Shown here piece by piece: positions 45,931 to 56,370 of a stretch of DNA of 64,000 nucleotides; within the stretch, counting starts at the first letter, position 1; each line of letters starts with the position of its first letter. The stretch spans positions 32,901 to 96,900 of the forward strand of contig CANMOP010000003.1 in NCBI GenBank assembly GCA_947499615.1, read 5' to 3'. The notes beneath the pieces are model-generated. The model saw nothing but the letters and a program-made list of their open reading frames with translations. It had not been told where the DNA came from and ran no database searches. Source of the stretch: Chloroflexota bacterium (GTDB lineage Bacteria; Chloroflexota; Dehalococcoidia; UBA2979). Made by a program: the position numbers and the translations under genes.

Positions 45931-48018
45931 TTACATCGAGAACTTGTGAATGATCGCCAGCAGCAGAATCGCGACGATGTTCGCGATCTTGATCATCGGG
46001 TTCACGGCGGGGCCGGCGGCGTCCTTGTACGGGTCGCCCACGGTGTCGCCGGTGACCGCGGCCTTGTGCGCCTCGGAGCCCTTGCCACCATACAGACCGG
46101 TCTCAATGAGCTTCTTCGCGTTGTCCCACGCGGCACCGCCGGTGGTCATCGACAGCGCGACGAAGAGCCCCGTGACGATGGTGCCCAGCAGCATCGCGCC
46201 CACGGCGCTGAACGCCGCGCCCTGGCCAGCCACTGCCTGCACCGCGAAGTACAACGCTACCGGTGCCAGCACCGGCAACAGTGACGGCACAACCATCTCG
46301 CTGATCGCGGCCCGCGTCAGCATGTCCACTGCGCGACCGTAATCGGGCCGCTCGGTCCCGGCCATGATCCCGGGGTGCTCCCGGAACTGACGGCGCACTT
46401 CCACAACTACCGACCCGGCGGCACGACCGACGGCGGTCATGCCCATGGCGGCGAACAGGTATGGCAGCAAGCCGCCGACGAACAGACCAACCACGACGTA
46501 CGGGTTGGAGAGGTCGAAGTTCAGATCCTTCAGGTCCGGGAAGTAGCGGTGGAGGTCCTGCGTGTACGCAGCGAACAGGACCAGCGCCGCGAGACCGGCG
46601 GAGCCGATCGCGTACCCCTTGGTCACAGCCTTGGTGGTGTTGCCCACGGCGTCGAGGGCGTCCGTCACCTCGCGCACCGCCGGAGGGAGGTCGGCCATCT
46701 CGGCGATGCCGCCCGCGTTGTCGGTGACCGGGCCGTACGCGTCCAGCGCAACGACCATGCCGGCCAGCGCCAGCATCGTGGTTGCGGCGATCGCGATGCC
46801 GAACAGCTCGGCGTTGGCGTAGGCCACCACAATGCCAATGACGATGACGATCACGGGGAGCGCGGTGCTCTCCATGGAGATAGCAAGGCCCTGAATCACG
46901 TTCGTGCCGTGACCAGTCTCGGACGCCGCCGCAATGCTCTTCACCGGTCGGGAGGTGGTCCCGGTGTAGTACTCAGTGATCCAGATGATCAGCCCGGTGA
47001 TTGCCAGGCCGACCAGCGCGCAGATGAACAGGTTCATGCCGGTGAACTTCGCGCCCTCAATGGCGCCAAACCCACCGAACATCCAACTAATGACGCCGGC
47101 GACCAGCGCGGCCGACAGCACGGCGGTCGTGATAAGTCCCTTGTACAGCGCGGCCATGATGCCGTTACCGCTGCCCAACCGAACAAAGAAGCTTCCGACC
47201 ACGGAGGCCAGGATGCAGACGCCGCAGATCACCAGCGGGAAGAGCAACATCGTCTCTTGCAGCGGCCCGGTGAAGAACGCGGCCGCCAGCAGCATGGTGC
47301 CGACGAGCGTGACCGCGTAGGTCTCGAAGAGGTCCGCAGCCATGCCGGCGCAGTCGCCGACGTTGTCACCAACGTTGTCCGCGATGACACCGGGGTTGCG
47401 CGGGTCGTCCTCCGGGATGCCCGCCTCGACCTTGCCGACGAGGTCAGCACCAACGTCGGCACCCTTGGTGAAGATACCGCCGCCCAGACGGGCGAAGATG
47501 GAGATGAGCGAGCCGCCGAACCCAAGTCCGACAAGCCCCTCCATGACCAGCCCGATCTCCAGATCGAGAACGAAGCGCAGGAACATGTAGTAGAGCGCGA
47601 CGCCCAGCAACCCGAGGCCAACCACCAGCAAGCCGGTGATCGCTCCAGCGCGGAACGCCAGCGCCAGTGCGGCAGCCATACCAGAGCGCGCCGCCTCAGC
47701 CGTGCGCACATTCGCGCGCACGGAGACGTTCATGCCCACGTAGCCGGCGACGCCCGAAAGCACCGCGCCCACCACGAAGCCGACCGCCACCCACGGGCTG
47801 AGGAAGACTCCCAGCAGCACCGCGAGCACCACGCCCACGATGGCGATGGTCCGGTACTGCCGGTTGAGGTAGGCCGAGGCCCCCTCGCTGATCGCCAGCG
47901 CGATCTCTTGCATACGGGCGTTGCCTGGGCTCGCCTGGAGCACCATGCGACTCGCGAACGCTCCGTAGAGCAACGCGAGCACGCCCATCCCGACCACGAG
48001 ATAGTAATACTGTGCCAT
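45931..48018 (-). CDS. hppA: K+/H+- or Na+-translocating membrane pyrophosphatase
   Basis: 695 aa from [16 protein letters not shown]; motifs [62 protein letters not shown]. Confidence 0.9.
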   Translation of the reverse strand: MAQYYYLVVGMGVLALLYGAFASRMVLQASPGNARMQEIALAISEGASAYLNRQYRTIAIVGVVLAVLLGVFLSPWVAVGFVVGAVLSGVAGYVGMNVSVRANVRTAEAARSGMAAALALAFRAGAITGLLVVGLGLLGVALYYMFLRFVLDLEIGLVMEGLVGLGFGGSLISIFARLGGGIFTKGADVGADLVGKVEAGIPEDDPRNPGVIADNVGDNVGDCAGMAADLFETYAVTLVGTMLLAAAFFTGPLQETMLLFPLVICGVCILASVVGSFFVRLGSGNGIMAALYKGLITTAVLSAALVAGVISWMFGGFGAIEGAKFTGMNLFICALVGLAITGLIIWITEYYTGTTSRPVKSIAAASETGHGTNVIQGLAISMESTALPVIVIVIGIVVAYANAELFGIAIAATTMLALAGMVVALDAYGPVTDNAGGIAEMADLPPAVREVTDALDAVGNTTKAVTKGYAIGSAGLAALVLFAAYTQDLHRYFPDLKDLNFDLSNPYVVVGLFVGGLLPYLFAAMGMTAVGRAAGSVVVEVRRQFREHPGIMAGTERPDYGRAVDMLTRAAISEMVVPSLLPVLAPVALYFAVQAVAGQGAAFSAVGAMLLGTIVTGLFVALSMTTGGAAWDNAKKLIETGLYGGKGSEAHKAAVTGDTVGDPYKDAAGPAVNPMIKIANIVAILLLAIIHKFSM

Positions 48019-48238
48019 TCCGCCCCCTCCGATACGACGCCGGGCCGCAACCGGAGCGTCGGGCCGAACACTGCCAGACGCAGCAGTCTCACGCAATCGT
48101 CGGCCACTGAGACGCCGCACAGGGTCCGCGCGTCCGATGCTCGATCAGACTACGAATCGTCGAGTTATGTCGCATACTGGCGACGAATATTCGTCGCGTC
48201 CGATGACCCGGATGGCCCACGGACGGTGTGCCGCAGAG

Positions 48239-49597
48239 CTACGGCGTGGCGCGCCGACAGCTCCCGATCAACGCCGTCGACGGTGGCACGCCGAGGGGGA
48301 AGAGCCGTAACCAGCCCGCATTCACCAACGCGACGGTGCTGGCCGGTACGTATGTCACCAAGGTACCGGAAGCATCGGTGGCCCAGAACGCTGCCGTCGC
48401 GGCTGGGCAGCCCGAGGCCGCCAACAGTTGCGCCCCCGTCCCACCCGTGAACACGAACAACCCGAATCCCGTCGGCGGCAGTGCAATCCCCACCGCCGCG
48501 CGCGTCGCGCCGGTTGTCTGAGTGGTGACCGGCACCTGGGCGGTACTGGTCGCGGTATGCAGGTACCGATCCACCGCAGTGACGCTGAACGACAGCACCA
48601 CCGAGGACGCGCCAGCCGGGGCGCTCGTGGGCGCAGTGAAATTCGCGGTCGAGCCGAGGAGGTTCAGGGTGACCGGCGGACCGGACAGCTGCTTCCACTC
48701 GAGATTCAGCGGATCGCCCTCAAGATCCGTCGCCTCGGCAAGCAGGGAGACGGTCGCGCCCGGCTCCACGCTGGCCGGCCCGATGAGACGCACAGTCGGC
48801 GCTCGATTCACGCCGTACAACTGCTGCACGGCAGCGACCTCGGCGGGTGACGGCTGCGTCTTGCAGCTCGAAGGAGATTCGGAGTCGTAGGTCGGATACA
48901 TGATGTCGGCGGTGTCCCCGCTGTGGCCGAGGCCGAGCACGTGCCCCATCTCGTGCACCAACACCGAAAGGAAGCACACCTCCAGTGATGGAAAGCCGTC
49001 CGCGAGCACGATGTCCGCTTCCTCGATGGTGCGAACGGTTGGATTCGTCGGCGGCGACCACGAAGTCCCGGACTGGGTCACCGCAGCCTCGGTGCCGCGC
49101 GCGACATTTCGGGCGTCGTCGAAAGAGATCTCGTTGCGCTGATCGTGGAAGAGGCGGACGGCCGGTACACAGTCGCCAGCGTAGCGGATGGCGATTGCGG
49201 CCTCCGCTAGCCCCCAGCGTGCGGCGGCATCCCGGATGGTGGAAGCGAACAATTCCGGTGTCAGCCACGCGGGTCGGTTCGCCTGCACCGTGCACATCGC
49301 GACCACGCGATTGGTGAGTGACCATTTCGCGAGCGGGCCACCGCAGCGCGGCGGCTGCCCTGTGCCATCGCAATCGCTGAGAAACGAGACTGCGGAACGG
49401 AATGACTCCACCGCCTTGCCGTCGATGGATAGCAGGGATCCGTCGTGCGCAACCGCGGTATCTCGCCCTGCGAGCAACAGCGCGACACCAAGCAGCATCG
49501 ACCCGGCGAGCGGTCGCAGCCTCCCCGCCCAGCTGAAGCGGCGTCTACTCACGACATCGAGTATGCGCTTCCCACGAGCCATCAACGACCAGCGCAT
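48239..49597 (-). CDS. secreted zinc metalloprotease, matrixin/M10-like (HExxHxxGxxH plus Met-turn) with C-terminal beta-rich domain
   Basis: VLVHEMGHVLGLGHSGDTADIMYP; signal peptide (possible shorter start at 49498 MLLGVALLLAG); C-terminal Ser/Thr/Pro-rich region. Confidence 0.65.
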   Translation of the reverse strand: MRWSLMARGKRILDVVSRRRFSWAGRLRPLAGSMLLGVALLLAGRDTAVAHDGSLLSIDGKAVESFRSAVSFLSDCDGTGQPPRCGGPLAKWSLTNRVVAMCTVQANRPAWLTPELFASTIRDAAARWGLAEAAIAIRYAGDCVPAVRLFHDQRNEISFDDARNVARGTEAAVTQSGTSWSPPTNPTVRTIEEADIVLADGFPSLEVCFLSVLVHEMGHVLGLGHSGDTADIMYPTYDSESPSSCKTQPSPAEVAAVQQLYGVNRAPTVRLIGPASVEPGATVSLLAEATDLEGDPLNLEWKQLSGPPVTLNLLGSTANFTAPTSAPAGASSVVLSFSVTAVDRYLHTATSTAQVPVTTQTTGATRAAVGIALPPTGFGLFVFTGGTGAQLLAASGCPAATAAFWATDASGTLVTYVPASTVALVNAGWLRLFPLGVPPSTALIGSCRRATP

Positions 49598-49600
49598 GCG

Positions 49601-50584
49601 CTACTCCAGACCCGTAAGCGCCACGGCCGACCCGCCTGCCAGCGGCGGAGCACCGTGCAGCGCGCGCAGCCGGTCGATGCGCTCGATGATCGGGGGGTGC
49701 GTGGAGAACAGGCCTTTCGCGCGCTCCTCAAACTTCTTGATGGGGTTCACCAGGTAGAGGTGTTGCGTCGCGCGGTTCGCAGCCTCGAGCACCTCGGTAT
49801 CGCCGGCTATCTTCGCGAGCGCACGTTCGAGGCCGGCCGGGTTGCGCGTCAGTGCGACCGAGCTTGCATCGGCGAGGTATTCGCGCTGTCGGCTGACCGC
49901 GAGTTGCACGAGTCGAGCGAAGATCGGCGCAAGGATCGCCAGCACCAGCGCCAGTACAAACATCAGTGCCTGCAGTCCCCCACCGCCCCCTCGCTCATCT
50001 CGCGACCGCGAGCGACCGCCCATCGAGCCACTGATCCAGGTGTACCGGAGGAAGAGATCCGCCAGCAGCGCGATGCTCCCCACGAGGACGCCGACCAGCA
50101 AGGCGAACCGAATGTCGAGGTTCCCGACATGGGAAAGCTCGTGCCCGATCACGCCCTGCAATTCCTCCCGGTCCAGCTTCTGCAGGAGCCCGCTCGTGAC
50201 CGCAATCGAGGCGTGCGCAGGGTCGCGGCCGGTGGCAAAGGCGTTGGGAGCTGTGTCGTCGATGAGGTACACGCGCGGCATCGGGAGGTCACCCGCGATC
50301 GAGAGCTCGCGCACGATGTTGAGCAGCTCGGGCGCCTGCCCCTCGGCAAGTTCGTGCGCCTGCGACGCTGCCAGCACCAACGAGTCGCCCGCGTAGTACG
50401 AGCCGAGCGAGAGCACGAGCGACAACGCCAGCGCCCCCACGATCGCGAGCAGCGCACCATCGACGCCGCCGCTGACCGCGAACCCGATGACGAAGCCAAG
50501 CACGGCGAGCACCACCGCGACGGACAGCATCAGGAGCAGCGAGTTACGCCGGTTCTCCGCCTGATGCGTGTAGAACGTCGCCAC
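49601..50584 (-). CDS. htpX: zinc metalloprotease HtpX (M48)
   Basis: Two N-terminal TM helices, HELSH (IGHELSHVGN) zinc site, further TM helices, C-terminal domain. Confidence 0.85.
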   Translation of the reverse strand: MATFYTHQAENRRNSLLLMLSVAVVLAVLGFVIGFAVSGGVDGALLAIVGALALSLVLSLGSYYAGDSLVLAASQAHELAEGQAPELLNIVRELSIAGDLPMPRVYLIDDTAPNAFATGRDPAHASIAVTSGLLQKLDREELQGVIGHELSHVGNLDIRFALLVGVLVGSIALLADLFLRYTWISGSMGGRSRSRDERGGGGGLQALMFVLALVLAILAPIFARLVQLAVSRQREYLADASSVALTRNPAGLERALAKIAGDTEVLEAANRATQHLYLVNPIKKFEERAKGLFSTHPPIIERIDRLRALHGAPPLAGGSAVALTGLE

Positions 50585-50611
50585 AGTGGGCTCCCCGCGC
50601 CGTCAGGCGCA

Positions 50612-51184
50612 CTAGCGGAGGTGAACCTCCGGAACGGCCTGGGCCTCCGGCTCCACCTCGAAGAACTCGCGGCTGCTGAAGCCGAGCCCGCCCGCGAGCA
50701 GCACGGCCGGGAACGTCGCGATCGAGGTGTTGTACTCCAGCACGGTCGCGTTGTAGTGCTGGCGGGAGAAGGCGACCTGGTTCTCAGTCGTCGTCAGCTG
50801 CTCTTGCAGGCTCAGGACGTTCTCGTTGGCCTTCAGCTCGGGGTAGTTCTCGACCACCGCGAACAACGAGCGCAACGCGCCCGTCAGTTGGCCTTCGGCC
50901 GCAGCGGCCTGCACCGGTCCCTGCGCACCGGCTGCGACTGCGCTTGCACGAGCCTCGGTGACACGCGTAAGCACGTCCTGTTCGAAGCTCATGTAGTCCT
51001 TGACCGCGTTGACCAGGTTGGGAACCAGGTCATGCCGTCGCTTCAGTTGGACGCCGATCTGCGCCCACGCCTCGTCCACGCGCAACCGACCGCGGACCAG
51101 CCCGTTGTACAGGACAACCAGCAGCAGTGCGCCAAGCACCAGCACTCCGATGATCACGATCAGTGCGATGACTGCGCCGCTCAT
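50612..51184 (-). CDS. LemA family protein
   Basis: N-terminal TM helix plus LemA pattern (LYNGLVRGRLRVDEAWAQIGVQLKRRHDLVPNLV...). Confidence 0.8.
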   Translation of the reverse strand: MSGAVIALIVIIGVLVLGALLLVVLYNGLVRGRLRVDEAWAQIGVQLKRRHDLVPNLVNAVKDYMSFEQDVLTRVTEARASAVAAGAQGPVQAAAAEGQLTGALRSLFAVVENYPELKANENVLSLQEQLTTTENQVAFSRQHYNATVLEYNTSIATFPAVLLAGGLGFSSREFFEVEPEAQAVPEVHLR

Positions 51185-51247
51185 GGGTCGCCCCCGTTTC
51201 TTCCTGTTCCAGTATAGACCTCGATCCGTCGAGGTCTGGTGCTGACG

Positions 51248-52135
51248 TCAGCCATCCATCTGACGAACGGTGGCAAACGTGTACCCGTCGCGTCGTAGCC
51301 CTTCGATGATGGCGCTCAAGGCGGCGGCATCTTGAGACGCCGCGCCCACGTGGAAGACGAAGATGGCGCCGGGAGTGGCGCGTTGCAGGCAGCGCTGGAC
51401 GATGCCGCCCGCCGGCAGACCGTTCCAGCCAAGTGAGTCCACCGTCCACATCACGTTGAACCGATAGCCGCTGTCGGCGATGTCGGCATTCACCGTGGTG
51501 TCGTAGTCGCCATACGGCGGGCGAAAGTACGGCCGCATGTCCACACCAGCGATCGAACGCACGATCGCCTCGGTGCGCTCGATCTGCTCGCGGCGGCGCG
51601 ACGGCGGCATCGCTCCCGCACGAGTGGACACGCCGGTGAACGAGGAATGGTCGTAGGTGTGGTTCATCAACTGGTGACCCTCATCGACCATCCGGCGGAC
51701 GAGTGCGGGGTTCCGCTCGGCCCACACCCCCGTCATGCCGAAGCTCGCGACCACTTGCTGGCGACTCAGGGTGTCGAGTATCTCCGCCGCGTATCCAACG
51801 TCCGCGCCAGCATCGAACGTGAGCGCGACTTCTCGGCGAGCCACACCGAACCGATCGACCACGCGCGCTGCACCGGCTCGTGGCCCCGCCGTCGAAGGTA
51901 GCACCGCTCGTTGCGCGTCCGGGATCGCCACGCTGGCGACCGCGGGGGTGATCGCCGTAGCGGTTGCCGTGGGAAGCGGCACCGTCGGCGCTGCGGTGGG
52001 CACGGCAGTGCTCGATGCTACATCGACCGTGGGGGCAGGCGTCCCACTGCAGCCACCGGCGACCAGTAGCACCAGCGCAGCCGCCAGCAGCAGCAACACG
52101 CCACGCCCAATGCGGGCCGTTGCAGCCTTGGTCAC
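51248..52135 (-). CDS. polysaccharide deacetylase family lipoprotein (NodB homology domain)
   Basis: Lipobox LLVAGGCSG; NodB motifs ALTFDAG, HQLMNHTYDH. Confidence 0.75.
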   Translation of the reverse strand: MTKAATARIGRGVLLLLAAALVLLVAGGCSGTPAPTVDVASSTAVPTAAPTVPLPTATATAITPAVASVAIPDAQRAVLPSTAGPRAGAARVVDRFGVARREVALTFDAGADVGYAAEILDTLSRQQVVASFGMTGVWAERNPALVRRMVDEGHQLMNHTYDHSSFTGVSTRAGAMPPSRRREQIERTEAIVRSIAGVDMRPYFRPPYGDYDTTVNADIADSGYRFNVMWTVDSLGWNGLPAGGIVQRCLQRATPGAIFVFHVGAASQDAAALSAIIEGLRRDGYTFATVRQMDG

Positions 52136-53166
52136 GGACTCCTCGGAGGGGTGCGGTTGAGGTACTCGATCACACCGCGAGCGACTCCTCGTGCTAAGGC
52201 GTCTCGCACAACCTCGGTACGCAACAGTGCCGCATCGCTGGGACTGCTCACGAACAGCAGCTCGGCCAGGACGGCCGGCATCTCGGTGGCGCGGCTGGTG
52301 GTGGCGACGGCGTTGGCCGCGGGATCGCGCTGTACCAGCTCTGCACCCGTGGTCACTCGCGCAGGGCCAAGGACGAACAGCGGGAAGCAGCGGCCGCGGA
52401 ATCCCCGGAGGCAGGCGTCGTCCTTCGCCCCCCGATCGCGAACTGGATAACCCACCGCGGACACCTCGTCCACCACGCTGGACTGCACGAGGGTGGCCAG
52501 CGTGCGGCTCAGATCGGAGAACGGTCGCGCGCTGTTGTAGTACGTCTCCACACCGCGATCGTCCGCGGAGTTCGAGCCGTTGGAGTGCAGCGAGACGAAG
52601 ACATCGGCGTTGCTCTCGTTCGCGAGGTCAATGCGCGCTTGCAGGTCGCGACGGGTAATGCTGAACGCGCCGGGCTGATACTCGCCCGCGAAGGCGCGCA
52701 CATCAGCCCGGCGAGTGAGCGCCACACGCACGCCCTGCGCCGCCAGCACCGCCTCCACGCGCAACGCCATGTCGAGGTTGGACTCCTTCTCGACGACGCC
52801 ATTAGCGGCCGCGCCGACCTCGTCGACGGCATGTCCCGGGTCGACCACAACGACACGCGACCCGCTGATGCGCGGGAGCGCAGTAATTCCCCGTGGGTCT
52901 CGCGGCGCTGCCACTACCACGGCGCCTGCTGCTGGCGATCCGATCCCAGCCACCGCGCCGACGGCTGGCGATGTCGGACTCGCCTCGGCGGTCGCGGATG
53001 GCGACGGGCTTACGATGGCTGACGCACCGGCAGATGGCCCGGCAGATGGCCCGGCAGGCGATGGTGCAGCTGCGGAGGGGGACGGCGTGGGGGTTGCCGA
53101 CCTGTTCGGCGAACCGCAGGCAATCGCCAGCATCGACATGACCAGCACCGTGGCGGCGATCCGCAT
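52132..53166 (-). CDS. N-acetylmuramoyl-L-alanine amidase (Amidase_3 family) lipoprotein
   Basis: Start at MRIAATVLVMSMLAIACGS (lipobox); Ala/Pro/Ser-rich linker; catalytic domain VVVVDPGHA...E...SLHSN; the longer N-terminal ORF extension is discounted. Confidence 0.75.
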   Translation of the reverse strand: MRIAATVLVMSMLAIACGSPNRSATPTPSPSAAAPSPAGPSAGPSAGASAIVSPSPSATAEASPTSPAVGAVAGIGSPAAGAVVVAAPRDPRGITALPRISGSRVVVVDPGHAVDEVGAAANGVVEKESNLDMALRVEAVLAAQGVRVALTRRADVRAFAGEYQPGAFSITRRDLQARIDLANESNADVFVSLHSNGSNSADDRGVETYYNSARPFSDLSRTLATLVQSSVVDEVSAVGYPVRDRGAKDDACLRGFRGRCFPLFVLGPARVTTGAELVQRDPAANAVATTSRATEMPAVLAELLFVSSPSDAALLRTEVVRDALARGVARGVIEYLNRTPPRSP

Positions 53167-53216
53167 GAGCCCCCCGCACGCGCGCTCGTGTCTGGTCGTG
53201 CGAGCATAATTGTCGC

Positions 53217-54245
53217 ATGACCAACATCGCCGTGGGATTCGACCTGCATCCGGAGCTCGTGGCACGCATCGCAGCGGTCGATCCCGCGGTGCGAGTGCGC
53301 TCGCTCGCGCAAGGCGCGCGTGCATCGTTCGGCGGGCGGATGCCGTACCCCACCGAGTTGCAAGCCCGCACCACGCGCGCGGAACTCGAAGCCGCGCTCC
53401 CCGAGGCCGAGGTGCTGTTCGCCCCGTGGGCCGGAGCGTTACGCGAGCTCTCGCTGCCTGACACCGCGCCCCACCTGCGCTGGGTGCAGCTCACCCATGC
53501 CGGCGCCGAACTCGTGCCACCAGCACTGGCACGAGCGATCACGTTCACCACGGCGGGCGACATTTCGTCGAGTTGGATCGCGGAGTGGGTGGCCAGCGCC
53601 ATGCTCATGTTCGCGAAGGGGTGGCCGCAGCGATGGCGCGACCAGCAGGCCCACGGTATCGCGGCGGTTGAGGCGAGCGAGCCGCGAGCGTTGGCCGGCA
53701 GCACCGTCGGCATCGTTGGCATGGGCGCGATCGGGACGCGGGTGGCGAGGCTCGCGAAGGGCCTCGGCTGCCGAGTGATCGGGATGCGGCGCTCCTTCAC
53801 CGTGCGGGGCCCGGACGCCCTCGCCGATGAGGGAGTGCCGCCGCACGACCTGGCGTATCTGCTGGGTGCCAGCGACTACGTACTACTGTCCGCCCCGCTC
53901 ACGCCCGAGACCCAGCACCTGATCGATGCCACCGCGTTGCGCGCGATGCGCCGGAGCGGCGTCCTCATCAACGTCGGGCGCGGCGCGCTGATCGACGAGT
54001 CGGCCCTCATCGAGGCACTGCGTGGCGGGGTGATCGCGGGTGCCGCGCTCGACGTGTTCACGGAGGAGCCGCTGCCCGCCGACTCGTCGCTGTGGGATTT
54101 GCCGACAGCGATGCTGGCTCCACACGTCGCCGGCGGCTCCGACCGCTACTACGAGCGTGCGACCGAGGTGTTCTGCGACAACCTCCGCCGATACCTGGCC
54201 GGTGGTCCGCTGCTGCATCGAGTGGAGCCGGAGCGCGGGTACTAG
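53217..54245 (+). CDS. D-isomer-specific 2-hydroxyacid dehydrogenase (NAD-binding)
   Basis: GIVGMGAIGTRVARLAKGLGCRVIG NAD motif; catalytic R...E...H region (APHVAG). Confidence 0.8.
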   Translation: MTNIAVGFDLHPELVARIAAVDPAVRVRSLAQGARASFGGRMPYPTELQARTTRAELEAALPEAEVLFAPWAGALRELSLPDTAPHLRWVQLTHAGAELVPPALARAITFTTAGDISSSWIAEWVASAMLMFAKGWPQRWRDQQAHGIAAVEASEPRALAGSTVGIVGMGAIGTRVARLAKGLGCRVIGMRRSFTVRGPDALADEGVPPHDLAYLLGASDYVLLSAPLTPETQHLIDATALRAMRRSGVLINVGRGALIDESALIEALRGGVIAGAALDVFTEEPLPADSSLWDLPTAMLAPHVAGGSDRYYERATEVFCDNLRRYLAGGPLLHRVEPERGY

Positions 54246-54309
54246 CCGGACGCGCTGCAACGCCTCGTGCCACATCGCATCGCCCCGTACTGCGTCGCCC
54301 CGTACAATC

Positions 54310-55101
54310 ATGCGCATGGAGATTGAATCTGCCGCACGCTCATTCCTTGCCCGACAACGGGTGGCACACCTCGCGTTCACGGAGGCCGATGATCAGCCGC
54401 AGTTGCTGGCAGTGTGCTTCGCCGTAGGCCCGGACGCGGTGTACGCACTGCTGGACGACGAGGCCGACCTGACGCGCGAACCCGTCGTCGATGCCATCGA
54501 ACGCCGCGCTGTGGTGGTGCTGTGCGATGAGTCCGCCGACGACCCCGCGCGACACGCCTGGGTGAGCGTGCGCGGTCGGGCGCTGGTGCTGCGCTCCGGC
54601 GAGGAGCACGAGTTGGGGCTGACCTTGCTGCGCGACCGCTATCCGCAATACCGCGCGCACACGCTATCGACGCTCCCGGTGCTGCGAGTTGAGCCGACCG
54701 ATGTCCGCTCCCGCGGGCTGCGCGCGGACCCGGTCGCGGAAAGCGCCGATGACGCCGGACTGAACCTGGTGCGCACCATGCAGCGCATCCCCGCTTCGCA
54801 CGTGACGACCGAGTACCGTGCTGGCCTCTCGACCGGGATGCTGATGCGGTTGCGCTACGCGCCGGAGGGCGCTCGCCGCAGTCCCACCGAATCGCAGGAC
54901 GAGGCTGCGATGCCCGACGAGGGAGGGCGCATGCTGCGCTTCAACCTCGCCGACCTGGAAGACGGCATCTACGCCGCGGAAAGCATCGGCGCCGCGAACA
55001 TCGCGCGCACAACGTACTTCGAAGTCGAGGGTGGGCGCGTCGGCCGGGTGTTCGATGGCGAGCGGCGCGCACTGCAAGAGCTCCGCCGCCGCGAGCGGTA
55101 A
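54310..55101 (+). CDS. pyridoxamine 5'-phosphate oxidase-family split-barrel protein with about 130-aa C-terminal extension of unknown function
   Basis: N-terminal about 130 aa has a PNPOx-like pattern (ARSFLARQRVAHLAF...AVCFA...); the remainder is unrecognised. Confidence 0.5.
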   Translation: MRMEIESAARSFLARQRVAHLAFTEADDQPQLLAVCFAVGPDAVYALLDDEADLTREPVVDAIERRAVVVLCDESADDPARHAWVSVRGRALVLRSGEEHELGLTLLRDRYPQYRAHTLSTLPVLRVEPTDVRSRGLRADPVAESADDAGLNLVRTMQRIPASHVTTEYRAGLSTGMLMRLRYAPEGARRSPTESQDEAAMPDEGGRMLRFNLADLEDGIYAAESIGAANIARTTYFEVEGGRVGRVFDGERRALQELRRRER

Positions 55102-55240
55102 CGCGCGGAGCGTCTGACGCTGCGCACTGCTGCACCCACCGTCCCACGACGTCGTTGACAGTCTCATCACACGTTGCTGCTAGCGTCGTCGCGACAACAT
55201 TGAGGTTCGCAATGCGCGCACGGGCGGGCACCCGATCGGA

Positions 55241-56356
55241 GTGGTCATGGTTGCTGCGCTGATCGCCTGCGCCATCGGCGGCGTCCTCGCGATCCTGTTG
55301 TCGCTGCCATTGCACTCGCCGGACGACGTGTTCTTCAACAGCGCATCGGTCGCCATCGGAGCCATGTGCGCGGGACTGGGCGCGGGGGTGCTGTGGCGGA
55401 TGTTTGGCCAGGCACCGGGTCGCGTGCGACGGTTCGAGATCACGATGGCAGTGATGTTTGCGCTCGTCGCTGTGTTGTTGCTCGCCGGAGACAGCGTGCT
55501 GGATCGCACTGCATCGTTCGGCGTTCCGTTGGCAGCCGTCGTGCTCGGCACCATCGCCGCCGGGACGCCAGCGCTCGCCACCCGTCGACTGCCGTCCTGG
55601 GCTGGCGTCGCGGCGTTGGTGCCGCTACTCGCGCTCGGTGGTGCGCTCGTGCAGCAGCGCGACGCCCGCCCGGTGGCGCTGGCGTTGCCAACGAGCGCTC
55701 CCGCAATTGCAGCGAGTGCAGGCACCGCCGCGCCGGCAACCCCCTCGGCCCAGCCGGGGGCCTCTGCGGTCGCTACATTGGCGGCGGCGGCCGCCACCCC
55801 GCCGGCGGCGAGCGGCAGGCGGTTCCGGACGCTGGCCGACGTGCAGGGCGTCGCGTTCGCGGTCGGCGCCGGATCCGAGGCGCGATTCACCGTGCGCGAG
55901 CAGTTGCGGGACCTCCCGCTCCCGAATGATGCGACGATGCACAACACCGCACTGGTGGGCGCGGTGCGGTTGGATGGGCAGCCGTCTGTGGTGCAGATCG
56001 ATCTACGTCGCTTCCGCAGCGACCAGTCGCGTCGCGATCAGTTCATCACGCGGCTGTGGGGCGCGCAGCCGATGGCCACGGTGACCATCAACCAGATCGG
56101 CGCACTGCCAGTGCCATACGCACCGGGCGAATTGGTGACACGTCGTGTCGCCGGCACGCTGGCGATCATGGGGTTCGAGGGGCCGATCGCGTTCGACATC
56201 GAGGCGCGCATGGACGGCGACCAGATCTCGATCCTGGGCCGCACCCGCTTCAAGTGGTCTGACTACCGGCTGGCCCCGCCGAACATCGTCGGCAACGTGC
56301 AGGTGCAAGACGAGGTCGCTGTGGAAGTGCTGCTCGTCGCCAGACCAGCCGCGTAG
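55241..56356 (+). CDS. membrane protein with C-terminal YceI-like domain
   Basis: 4 predicted N-terminal TM helices, Ala/Pro-rich linker, C-terminal about 170 aa with YceI-like pattern (FTVREQL...HNTALVGAVRLDG...ILGRTRFKWSDY). Confidence 0.5.
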   Translation: MVMVAALIACAIGGVLAILLSLPLHSPDDVFFNSASVAIGAMCAGLGAGVLWRMFGQAPGRVRRFEITMAVMFALVAVLLLAGDSVLDRTASFGVPLAAVVLGTIAAGTPALATRRLPSWAGVAALVPLLALGGALVQQRDARPVALALPTSAPAIAASAGTAAPATPSAQPGASAVATLAAAAATPPAASGRRFRTLADVQGVAFAVGAGSEARFTVREQLRDLPLPNDATMHNTALVGAVRLDGQPSVVQIDLRRFRSDQSRRDQFITRLWGAQPMATVTINQIGALPVPYAPGELVTRRVAGTLAIMGFEGPIAFDIEARMDGDQISILGRTRFKWSDYRLAPPNIVGNVQVQDEVAVEVLLVARPAA

Positions 56357-56370
56357 TCGCGGCGTCGCGG

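Noticed and set aside
46375-48450. 691-aa plus-strand ORF antisense to hppA
   Set aside because: Entirely antisense to the strongly conserved pyrophosphatase gene; composition-biased translation.
52132-53325. Longer N-terminus (to 53325) for the amidase ORF and the overlapping 52802..53800 (-) ORF
   Set aside because: A lipoprotein signal (MRIAATVLVMSMLAIACG) begins at 53166; the upstream extension is Arg-rich with no signal; the 332-aa overlapping ORF is compositionally artefactual.
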